Shown here piece by piece: positions 16,224 through 27,198 of a DNA stretch of 54,782 bases (position 1 is its first letter; every line of letters begins with the position of its first letter). This DNA comes from Prorocentrum cordatum (lineage: Eukaryota): positions 62,001 through 116,782 of the forward strand of contig CAUYUJ010000210.1 in NCBI GenBank assembly GCA_963575745.1, given 5' to 3'. The position numbers and the translations under genes are program-made. The notes beneath the pieces were generated by a model. It was not told the origin of the DNA, did no database searches, and saw nothing but the letters and a program-made list of their open reading frames with translations.

Positions 16224-16224
16224 C

Positions 16225-16292
<68 letters not shown>

Positions 16293-16303
16293 CTACAACA
16301 ACT

Positions 16304-16343
<40 letters not shown>

Positions 16344-16353
16344 AAACAGCAGC

Positions 16354-16391
<38 letters not shown>

Positions 16392-16439
16392 CGACGACGA
16401 CGACGACGACGACGACGACAACAACAACAACAACAACAA
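16224..16439. repeat. (CAA)n microsatellite (others at 13520, 15015, 19402, 21692)
   Basis: Direct reading. Confidence 0.95.
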
Positions 16440-16689
16440 GGTCAACACTGCACCTAACCACCCGTTCACCGGGCAGCTAGGTCAAGGTTTGTCCTTAAGG
16501 ACAACCCTTGACCTAACCCCCCGTGGTCAGCACCCCCCCCCCAGCAACCAGCAACCAGCAACCAGCAACCAGCAAGCGGACCTCAAGCTTCGCATTTTAA
16601 ATCCTCTGGGCTCCTTAAGGCAGCCCATGCACTCCCACGACCTGAAACCATGTGCACGCCGCCGAGCCGACCACCGGGACACAGACTCC

Positions 16690-19200
16690 CTGTGGCATCC
16701 TATAGAATCCCTAAGGAAGCCTATAGAACTCCTGGGGAATCCTATGGGATTCCCAAGGAGTCCTATGGGATCCCTAAGGGATTCCTAGGGAATCCCAAGG
16801 AATCCGATGGGATTCCTATGGGAATCCGATGGGATTCCTAGGGAATCCTATAGGAATCCGATGGGATTCCTATGGGAATCCGATGGGATTCCTATGGGAA
16901 TCCGATGGGATTCCTATGGGAATCCTATAGGAATCCGATGGGATTCCTATGGGAATCCGATGGGATTCCTAAGGGAATCGTATAGGAATCCGATGGAATT
17001 CCTATGGGAATCCGATGGGATTCCTATGGGAATCCGATGGGATTCCTAAGGGAATCCTATAAGAATCCGATGGGATTCCTATGGGAATCCGATGGGCTTC
17101 CTATGGGAATCCTATAGGAATCCGATGGGATTCCTATGGGAATCCGATGGGATTCCTATGGGAATCCCATGGGATTCCTAGGGGAATCCGATGGGATTCC
17201 TGTGGGAATCCGATGGGATTCCTATGGGAATCCTATAGGAATCCTATAGGATGCCTGGGGAAGCCTATACAAATCCGATGGGATTCCTAAAGAGTCCCAT
17301 GGGATCCCTAGGGGATTCCTCTGGGATCCCAAGGAATCCTATGGGAATCATATGAGAATCCTATAGGAATCCGATCGGATCCCTAAGGAAGCCTATAGAA
17401 ATCCTATGGGATTCCTGAGGATCCCTAAGGAGTCCCATGGGATCCCTAGGGGATTCCTATGGGATCCCAAGGAATCCTATGGGAATCCGATGGGAATCCT
17501 ATAGGAATCCTATAGGATCCCTAAGGACGCCTATAGAAATCCTATGGGATTCCTGAGGGTTCCTGAGGAGTCTCATGGGATCCCTAGGGGATTCCTAGGG
17601 GATCCCAAGGAATCCGATGGGAATCCTATAGGAATCCAATAGGATTCCTATAGACTCCATAAGGAAGCCTATAGAAATCCGATAGGAATCCTGGGGATTC
17701 CAAAGGAGTCCCATGGGATCCCTAGGGGATTCCTCTGGGATCCCAAGGAATCCTATGGGAATTCTATGAGAATCCTATAGGAATCCGATCGGATCCCTAA
17801 GGAAGCCTATAGAAATCCTATGGGATTCCTGAGGATCCCTAAAGAGTCTCATGGGATCCCTAGGAGATTCCTAGGGGATCCCAAGGAATCCGATGGGAAT
17901 CCTATGGGAATCCTATAGGAATCCCATAGACTCCCCAAGGAAGCCTATAGAAATCCGACGGAAGCCGATGGGATTCCTAAAGGTCCATAAGCAATCCCAT
18001 TGGATTCCTGAGGAATCCTGGGACACCTCATGGGAGTCCGAAGGCATCCTTAGGAATCCGAGGGAATCCCTGGGAATCCTAGGGAATCCCTAGGAACCCT
18101 ACGGAATCCGAATGGGATTCCTAAGGCATCCCTAGGAATCCTAGGGAATACATAGGAATCCTGTGGAATCCCCACGAATGCTAAGGCACCCCTAAGAATC
18201 CGAAGGAATCCCTGGGAACCCTACGCAATCCGCACGAATGCTAAGGCATCCCTCGGAACCTAGGAATCCCTAGGAATCCGATGGAATCCTCACGAATGCT
18301 AAGGCATTCCTAGGAATCCTAGGGAATCCCTAGGAATCCTATGGAATCCTCACGAATGCTAAGGCACCCCTGGGAATCCTAGGGAATTCCTAGGAACCCT
18401 ATGGAATCCTCACGAATGCTAAATCATCCATGGGAATCCGACGGAATCCTTAGGGATCCCTAAGACCCCGATGGAATCCTCACGAATGCTAGAGCATGCT
18501 TAGGAATCCGATGGAATCCTAACGAATCCCTAGGAATCCAAAGCAGTGCCTCGGAATCCGGAGGTATCCTGCGGAATCCCTAGGAATCCTAAGGAATCCG
18601 AGGGAATGCCTAAGACTCCTAAGGAACCCCTAGAAATCCAAAGGAAACCCTAGGACGCCTAAGGGTCCTGTAGGAATCCCTGGGACTCTTTAGATGTCCC
18701 TAGGACTCCTGAAGGATCCCTGGTGTTCCTTCGGGGTCCCTAGGAATCCTCAAGAATCCGTAGTCATCCCTAAACATCCTTAGGAGATCTAAGGAATCCC
18801 AAGGACTCCTAAAGAATCCCTAGGACTCCCGAGGAATCCCTAGGAATCCCTGGGAATCCTTTGGGTATGCCTAGGACTCCTAAGGAACCCCTAAGGAACG
18901 CCAAGGACTCCTAAGGAATACATGGGACTCCTGGGGAATCCTTAGAACTCTTTAGGAAACCCGAGGACTGCTTAGGAATCCCTGGGAATCCATGGGAACT
19001 TTTGGGGATCCGTGGGGCTCCTAAGGAATCCCTAGGACTCCTCAGGGATCCCTAGGACTACTAAGGAACCCCTGGGACTCCTAAGGAACCCCTGGGACTC
19101 TTAAGGATTCCCTAGGATTCCTAAGGAATCATGAAAAATCCTTTTTCGGGATCCTCATAATCCTGGGGGATCCATGGGGCTCCTTAGGGATCCCAAAGGT
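16690..19200. repeat. Quasi-palindromic GGAATCC/GGATTCC satellite (10-11-bp units)
   Basis: Continuous GGGATTCCTAT/GGGAATCCGAT/GGAATCCTAG units; a higher-order block at ~17292 is repeated at ~17706. Confidence 0.9.
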
Positions 19201-19819
19201 ACCCTGTGTAAGCTAAATTGTAAGGAAGTCTCAGGCGGGAGCCGTTGATGTTGTAACCCGGGGGCCAAGGGGCAAGTTTGAGCAGGAAGACTTTCCCTGT
19301 CAAAAAACAAGGTGCGAGCGTCGAGGGGCATTTTGATTGAGAAAAAACAATATGCACCGGTGAGGGGCGATCTACAATAATTATTCTTCAGAAATGAAAA
19401 TTCAACAACAACAACAACAACAACCAACAACAACAGCGACAACGGCAACAACAACCACAAGAACAACAACAACATCAACAACAACAACCACCACCAACAA
19501 CAGCAACAATAACAACAACAGCAACAACAGCACCAAACACAATCATCAACAACAACATCAACAACACGGCATCAACGCCTATGTACGCCCCTCTCCCCAG
19601 GTGCACAGGGGTCGGGTCACTCTATTCGCATGACCGGACTCCGGTGCCTCTCCCCGCCCACGAGGGGGGGAAGGGGGGCGGCCAGCAGCCAGCAACCAGC
19701 ATCCAGCACTGATACAAACAACGAACCACCATTGGAATCCATGTGCGGGTCAACTCGGCCCTGCCTTCGCCAAGCGCTCGCACGCTGGCGAAGCGACGCC
19801 GCTGGTTGCCTCCTCTACT

Positions 19820-21115
19820 AGGATCCTACCAGAGATGGATGGAACTCTAATGCGATCCTATCAATAATGGATCGAGCTCTAATATGATATCATTACACAT
19901 GGATGGGGATCTAATAAGACCCAAGTAAAAACGAATGGAGCTCTGACAGGATCCTGTTAGGTATGGATGGAGATTCTATTAGATATGATTAGAAAAGGAT
20001 AGAGCGTTGATGGGATCCGATTCCGGATGGATGGAGCTCGAATGAGACCGTATGAAATATGAATAAAATTCTAATGGAATCGGCTCTAGGATGGACGGAG
20101 CTCGAAGAAAATCCTGTTAGAGATGGACGGAGCTCTCATAAGATCCGATTAGAGATGGATGGAACTCTGATACGATCCGCTTGCTCATGGATTAAGCTCG
20201 AAGGCGATCCCATTGGAGATGGATGGAACTCTACTCGGATCGTATGTGGAAATTACCAAAACACGGATAGGATCCCATTACAAATTGATGTAGCTCTAAT
20301 AGGATTATATTAGATATGGGCGGAGTTCTCAAGGATCCTACTGCGAACGGACGCAGCCCGAATAGGATCCTACTAGGGATGAAAAGGGTTCGACTGAGAT
20401 CATATTAGGGACGGATGGAACTTTAATAAGATCCGGTTGGGGATGGATGGAGGTCTGGTAAGAGCCAATCAAAGATGGGCGGAACTCCTACTAGGATCCG
20501 ATCCGACATGGACGGACCCCAGACAGGATCCGATTAGGGATGGATGGAGCTCGAACATGATCCGATTGAAGATGGATGGAGCTCTAGTGGGATCCCATTA
20601 GATATGGATGGAGCTCTAGTACACTCTTAGTAGGAATGGATGGAGAACATCGAATTAGGGATGGATGGGGTTCCAACAGGACCCGATTAAGGATGGACGG
20701 AGTTCGGTCAGGATCATATCAGGGATGGATGGAGCTCGATTAGGATCATTTCAGGTATGGGCGGAACTCCTAATAGGATCCGATTAGAGACGGATGGAGC
20801 TCGAATAAAATCAGATTAGAGATGTATGGGTCCGACTACGATCCGATTGAGAATGGATGGAGCTCGACTAAGATCCGGTTAGGGATGGACGGAGCCCGAA
20901 GAGGATCCTATTCTGGATGGGTGGAGCTCTATGGGGATCCGATCGGAAATGATTGGAGCTCCTATTAGGGATGGATGGGTCCCGATTAGGCAGGGATGGA
21001 TGGAGCTCGAATAGTCTCCTCTATACGGGTGGATGGAGCTCGTATAGGATGCAAACCAGGATGGACGGAGCTCGGAACAAATCCAATTTGGGACGGATGG
21101 AGCTCGAATAAGATA
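19820..21115. repeat. 32-bp satellite (consensus ~GGATCCTATTAGAGATGGATGGAGCTCTAATA), ~40 diverged copies
   Basis: GATGGATGGAGCTC recurs every ~32 bp. Confidence 0.9.
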
Positions 21116-21182
21116 CGAAGAATACTACTAGCGTTGGTACATGTAAACATGAAAATAGAATTAATACTGATACTGATAATGT

Positions 21183-21235
21183 TAGTAGTAGTAATGATAA
21201 TAACTAGAATAGTAGCAGTAGTAGAAGCAGCAGTG

Positions 21236-21314
<79 letters not shown>

Positions 21315-21337
21315 TAGTAGTAATAGTAGTAGTAGTA

Positions 21338-21370
<33 letters not shown>

Positions 21371-21415
21371 ATAGCAATAGTAGTAGTAATAATGAAGTAA
21401 TACTAATAATAGCAA
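21183..21415. repeat. (AGT)n microsatellite
   Basis: Direct reading. Confidence 0.95.
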
Positions 21416-21692
21416 TGCTGGTAAGTGTAAGGAGGCCCCAGGCGAGAGCGCGATTCCTGAGTAAGCTGCGAGAAAATCTCAAGCGGGTGCTGGGGTCCTG
21501 GCTAAATTCTTGGGAAATATCAAGCGGGAGCCGTTGTCGTTGTCATCCAAGGGCCAACAACCCAGCTTGACCCGAGTGACTTTCCCTGATAAAAATCCGG
21601 GTGCGAGCCCCGGGGGAAGCACTTGAACTGAAAAAACAATGGTCACCAGAGGGGGAGGACCAACTATAATTTTTCTTCAGTAGTGAGAGTTC

Positions 21693-21731
<39 letters not shown>

Positions 21732-22135
21732 CAGTATAAGACTGTTCGCTCTTACTTGCCCGTGTGTCATTCAAAACGAGTTCCCCACACCCTCGATACC
21801 CACCCTTTTTGTCTTCGATCACATCCCCTCTGGGGAGATTCATTCTCTTTGCGTGGGGCGGCGGGCTTAGACAGGCGGGCAAGCCTGAACGGGCGGACAA
21901 TCCTTCGTGGGCGCACATGTGCCCGCCATTGGAATTGGCGTGGGCCGTGCAAAAAGAGGAGGGGGAGAACGAGGGAGAGCGGGAGGAAGGGAGGGGGAGG
22001 GACAAGGAAGAGGGAAAACGCCAGGAGAGAAGGAGCGAAGAGGGGGGCGGTTGATTAGAGACAGAGGGAGAGAGAGAAGAGAGAGAGAGAGAGGAAATAA
22101 AAACAAGAAAGGTAGAGATAGAGAGAGAGTGAGGG

Positions 22136-22171
<36 letters not shown>

Positions 22172-22374
22172 AACAAAAAAAGAAAGAAAGAAAGAGGGAG
22201 GGAGAAGGCAGGAGAGGGGAGGGAGAAGGGAGGAGGGAGAGGAGGGAGAGGGGATAGGGCAGAGAGGCATAAGGATGAGGGAAGAGAGGAGGGAAAGAGA
22301 AGGGAGGAGAGGAGGGAGGAGGAGGGAGGAGGGAGGAGGGAGAGGAAGGAGGAGCAGGAAGGTAAGAGCGTGAA

Positions 22375-23017
22375 CGTTCGAGGAAGTCCTAGGCGAAAGC
22401 GCCGTTCCTGAAGGAAGTCTCGTGCGGGAGCCCACGACGGGCGGGCGATCCCATGACGGGCGGGTCGAGCGGGTGAGTATGGCTAGAGCGCGATTCCTAA
22501 GTAAATTGTGACGGCGTCTTTGGCGCAGCGTGTTTCCTGAGCGTCGAAAGCGCGATTTCTGAATAAATTGCACGGAAGTCACAGGCGAGAGCGCAATCCC
22601 TGAATAAAATGTGAAGGGGTTCTCTGGCGGGAGTGGGTGTCTTGACTGAATTGCGAGGAAAATTTGATTCAATTGCGAGGAAGTCTCAAGCGGGAGCGCC
22701 GTTCCTGAGTAAATTGTGAGGAAGTCTCAGATGGGAGCGGGGGTCCTGACTAAACTGCGAGAAAGTCACAAGCGGGAGCACCGATCCTGAGTAAATTGTG
22801 AGGAATTCTCAAGCCGGAGCGGGGATTCTGAGTAAATTTGAAGGAAGTCTCAGGCGGGAGCCGTTGTTGTTGTAATCTGGGGCGCAGTTTGAGCATCAAG
22901 ACTTTCCTTGTCAAAAAACAGGGTGCGAGCATCGAGGGGCACACTTTGATTAAGAAAAACAGTCTGCACCGGTGAGGGGGGATCAACAATACTTATTATT
23001 CTTCAGAAATGAAAGTT
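22375..23017 (+). repeat. 41-bp minisatellite followed by a conserved ~170-bp terminal module and (CAA)n
   Basis: GAGGAAGTCTCAAGCGGGAGC every 41 bp (22677-22860), then GCCGTTGTTGT...CAGTTTGAGC...GTGCGAGC...CTTCAGAAATGAAA-(CAA)n. The module also occurs at ~14858, 19222, 21518 and inverted at 13390-13520. Confidence 0.8.
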
Positions 23018-23319
23018 CAACAACAACAGCAACAACAACATAAGAATAACGACAACAAGGCACGTTGTAGAGCAACAGGAACCACGTCGACGGCCGCGAC
23101 GTGATTTGGAAAGGCGTCGTGGAATGCAGCCCTGGAGGCGCCGTAGGTCACATGGGGGTCGGCAGATGTGGCGTGAAACGGTCAAATCGAAGAGGAACGT
23201 GTTTCCCATCAATCCTGTGGTGTTTAGTTGTTGTTTGAAGAGAGGGCCTCGCGTCTCGCCTCCCGCTGCCCCCCCTCCCTCCTCCATCCCCCAATATCTC
23301 TACCGGTGCTCATTTCAGC

Positions 23320-23975
23320 ACACCCCTCAAACGTTTCGAAGCGCTCCACCGAAGGCCTCAGTGGCAGGGTTCGCATGCCTGGTCCACGCCATGTCAGTGC
23401 ACCCCTCGCAGGCTTCGTAGCCCCGTAGGGAGCTCCAACTAAGGCCCAAGCGGCAGGGTTCGCATGCCTGGTCCACACCATGTCGGCACACCTCTCACAC
23501 GCTTCGTGGCTCCACAGCGAGCTCCACCCCAGGCGCCAGTGGCTGCGTTCGCATGCCTGGTCGATCGGCGCACCCCTCACAGGCTTCGTGGCCCCATAGA
23601 GAGCGTCACCGAAGGCCCCGTTGGCTATTCTCGCATGCTTTCTCCACACCACTCCGGCGCACCCCTCTCACGCTTCGTGGCCCCATAGGGAGCTCCACCT
23701 GGAGCCCCAGATCCAGGAATTGCATGCGTGATCGCGCCCATTTCAGCTCAACTCTCGCACGCTTCGCGGCCCCATATGGAGCTCCACCGAAGGCTCCAGT
23801 GGCAGGACTCGCATACGTGACCGCGCCCATTTCGGCACACACACACACCTCACACGTTCCGTGGCCCCACAGGGAACTCCACCGAACGCCCCAATGGCAG
23901 GACTCGAAAACGTGACCGCGCCCATTTTGGCGCACCTCTCAAACGTTCCGTGGCCCCATGGGGAGCTCCACTGGA
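23320..23975. repeat. ~89-bp minisatellite, ~7 copies
   Basis: CACCCCTCNCACGCTTCGTGGCCCC...GAGCTCCACCGAAGGC...CGCATGC repeated in tandem. Confidence 0.85.
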
Positions 23976-24399
23976 GGCCCCGCCGCATGCTGCCCCCCAG
24001 GGCCGCACTGACAGACGCGCAGATCAGCCGCAACGGGTTGCACTCAGGTGTAACCCGTCACGGCCGACCTCAGCGACCCCACCAGCAACGTCGCTCCGTC
24101 CTTCCCACGCATGCCTCTGTCCTTTTTGTCCTGGCCCCATTACCTTAGGCCCCGCCTGTTCTGTGGCACTCGCAGCTGCATACGGCTGGGTCCTTCGCCA
24201 AGCTCTTTGATACGCCCCCGAGCCGCGCTACACCAGATAGCGCGCGCCCCCCTCCAGCCCAACCTTTATCCTCTCGCAAGACGGCGACGAGACGCGGGCG
24301 GCCTCGGCGCCGCAGAGAGGGGGAAGGCCGCGGCCCACGCGGCCGCCCGCCGCCTTCGAGCAGGCCGGCCCTCATCTACGAAGGTGCGCCTGCGAACCC

Positions 24400-25240
24400 T
24401 CAACCAGTGGTCTTCCAGCCAGACACCGCGACCTTGTCGTGCGCGGCCTCCCCCGCTTGGCCCAAGTCGCACGTGTCCGCTCCCGTTCGGGCTGTCAAAA
24501 ACGCGGTTCTCTTCGTCTTCTGGTTCTTCGCAGGGAGGGCGAACCAGAACCCGCTGTCCACAGAAGAATCCTCCTGCAGACACCCAATGTTTGGAAGACC
24601 TGCACGTGCCTGGAGAAACACGTCTGGTCCGGTCAGACCCAGCTGACTGCGGCCGTACATGTTGAGGAGGTGTGGGAAGCTGACGATGATCCGGTGCCTG
24701 CCAGTCAGCCGTTTCAAGTCGGAGATCGCCTTGTTGTACTCGTTACTGAGGATGCCGATGTAAAGGTTCATCAGCACCCCGAACCCCAGGGCCATGGCAA
24801 GGCAGAAGAAAGGCAATTCGTTCGTCATCGCAGTCTCGGTCGCCGCCGTCTTCGGCATGCTTCCGGTGTGGAATGACTTGGCGGTCCTGTTAAAGGTGAA
24901 GAAGATGCTCCTCCCTCTGCCCTCGATGACATCCTCGTCGAAGTCCCCCATAAGGGTCATCCTTTGCACGATGTAGAGCGCCTGCTTCAAGTCAACGAGA
25001 ATGCCAGTGTTGCCGTTGCTGAACATGTCTGGCCCAGGCACCTCGTTGAACTCCCAGCTCAGCCTCGGAAGCGAGATGAATGAAAACAGGACGCCGAATA
25101 TGGCGAGCACCAGGATGCCCAGGAAGGACGTGGAGGCTTTGCTCATGAGAGCGTGCCAGGCAGGCAGAACGGAGTCTTTGAAGCAATCAAGGGTCATAAA
25201 CTGTAACTCGAGCTGCAAAAACTTGACAAATCCGCCGACC
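24400..25240 (-). CDS. TRP-like six-TM cation channel, exon 2 (S4 end, S5, pore, S6, C-terminus)
   Basis: CAG|G acceptor at 25241/25240 restores the frame (LILE-R-VGGFVKF). S5-like SFLGILVLAIFGVLFSFISL, pore-like ALYIVQRMTLMGDFD, S6-like FGVLMNLYIGILSNEYNKA (cf. TRP/polycystin LLNLLIAM...Y). TGA at 24402-24400. Spliced CDS is 2049 nt = 682 aa. Confidence 0.8.
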
Positions 25241-25625
25241 CTGTCGGCGTGCATGTGGAGGATGCGTCGTCGTCGTCGTCGTCGTCCTACTCCTCCTCCT
25301 CCTCGTCGCCGTCGCGGTCGTCGTCGCCACTCCCCGTCTTTTCCCTGAGTCCTTCACCTCCAACGTTCTAGCCGAAACGACAATGACAGACGTTGAGATT
25401 AAATCGAAAGAAGGCCCCTTCCCTTTGATCCCTTCCCCGCCCTGGGGGGGGTCCCAAGGGAGGTCCCCGGGGGGGTCCAGGGGGGGGTCCCGGAGGGGGG
25501 GTCCCAGGGATGTGGGGGGGGGGTTCTGGGTCAGAAAACCACCCCTCCGGAGAAAGGTTCCAGGGGAGGGGGGTCCCAATGGGGGTCCCGGGTCAGAAAA
25601 CCACTCCTCTGGGGACATCCCGGGG

Positions 25626-25661
<36 letters not shown>

Positions 25662-25719
25662 GATCGTCATGGTCGTCGTCGGCGTCGTCGTGAAGGGTCG
25701 GCAGCACTAGCCGTAAGGC
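25241..25719 (-). other. GC-AG intron (479 bp) of the channel gene
   Basis: Donor GAG AG|GCCTTAC, acceptor GCCGACAG|GGTC; phase-2 join keeps both ORFs in frame. Interior is (GAC)n tracts plus a G/C-run repeat. Confidence 0.75.
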
Positions 25720-26927
25720 CTCTCCAATATTAAGGCGGCCAGTATCAGAGGGTGATGGTATATGAACGTGCTTCTGACATCTCCACCTATAAACCCGTCT
25801 TTCAATAGAGAGACTGCCACCACGAAGATGACGAATTCCAGAATTTGGTTCAAAATGCTAAACGGCTGCATCACAGGCCGGCAATGGTCAAACACCGTCT
25901 TGCATGACCACATCTCGAACACGAGCACTGTCAAATTGAAGACAGACAGAAATGCAAATACAAGTATGGTACCCCGGTTGGGGGTCATCAGCCGCTCGTC
26001 ATGCGCAGCAACTGCTTGGTTCAATCGACTGTGAAAGCCGAGCCAGATCAGCTGGCAGAGCATGAAGCAGTCCACCGCTCGGCGTTGCAAGTATTTCCAG
26101 TACACCTTATTCCAGCAGACCTCAACCATCGCCAGCACCAGCGGGGTCTCGAAGACCTTCGTGTCCTTCGACGAGTGCAGCGCGAACAAGAAGTGCAGGA
26201 ACGAGCGCGGCTCAAAGTACAGGCCGCACCAATAAATGTCCACCTTAATGTTGCTATGGCGGCGGAAGCAGATCGGGCCCATGCCAGTTTCCTTGTTGTA
26301 CTTCGGCGCGACGTCCTCCAGCGGCCTCACGGGTCCGGCCTTCCACTGCCTCCTCGTCCAGCTCGCCACGTCGTGCCAGTCATCCTCGGCGAATGAGCCG
26401 CCAGAAATGCGCATCGTCGAAAAATGCTGCACCTCTCGGCCTCGCAGCATGTGCTTGTTGGTGATCTTCACGCACATCACCTCGATCAGCCTGTGGAAGT
26501 CGGGGCCAAGGATCCCGCTCATATGGTCAAATCTCCTGTCCTGCAGCCACGCTTTGCTTTCCGAGCGTGTTCGCAATCTCCCGATCCCTTCCCCTCTGCT
26601 CCAGAGGCTGAATCCCCTTGAAAGAGTGGGGGGTTCTGCAGACAGAGTCGAAGTGACCGTTCTAGCTTGCTGTAGCTTGCTCAAGGAGTCGACCTCGAGA
26701 ATGTCGAACCATATCTGCTGGAGCTTGCGTAAGGAGTCCCACTCTAGAACCTCTCGGCTGTCGTGGAACTTCTTCTGCAGGGTCTCCATGTGCTTCACGT
26801 TCCTGAAGGCAAGTGTCTCCTCATTGTCGTCGTCCTCGCTCCCCTCGGTGGAGCTCGACCCCTCGCTCTCCTCGGTGGCGCTCGATCCCTCTGCTGCATC
26901 CTCCGGAGACAGCAGACACGTCCTCAT
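25720..26927 (-). CDS. TRP-like six-TM cation channel, exon 1 (ATG at 26927; N-terminal cytosolic region through S1-S4)
   Basis: Complex, non-repetitive ORF MRTCLLSPED...ALILER. Pre-S1-like KVFETPLVLAMVEVCWNK, then hydrophobic segments (VDCFMLCQLIWLGF, TILVFAFLSVFNLTVLVFEMW, ILNQILEFVIFVVAVSLL, HPLILAALILER). Ends at an AG|GC donor (25720/25719). Confidence 0.8.
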
Positions 26928-26963
26928 CCCGCCAGCGCCAAAGGCCGCGCGGCGCAGCGAAAG

Positions 26964-26984
26964 CTTGAGCCAAAATGGTTGTGG
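26964..26984 (-). promoter_or_regulatory. Relict dinoflagellate spliced leader (DinoSL) in the 5' region of the channel gene
   Basis: Minus strand reads CCACAACCATTTTGGCTCAAG versus DinoSL DCCGTAGCCATTTTGGCTCAAG. The last 15 nt are identical and end 36 nt upstream of the ATG. Confidence 0.85.
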
Positions 26985-27198
26985 AGGAACTCGAGGAGGA
27001 GGAGGAGGCGGAGGAGGAGGAGGGGAAGAGAGGGAGGAGGAGGAGGAGGAGCAGGAGGAGGAGGAGGAGGAGGAGGAGAAGAAGAGGAAAGAGGGAGGAG
27101 GAGGAGGATGAGGAGGAGGAGGAGAAGGAGTAGGAGGAGGAGAAGGGGGAGGGGGAGGAAGAGAAGAAGAAGCAAAAAGGAGAAGAAAGAGGAAAATC

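Noticed and set aside
25241..25254. ATG 25254 as the start of a separate 284-aa gene
   Set aside because: Lies inside the inferred intron; splicing joins the two ORFs into one 6-TM protein.
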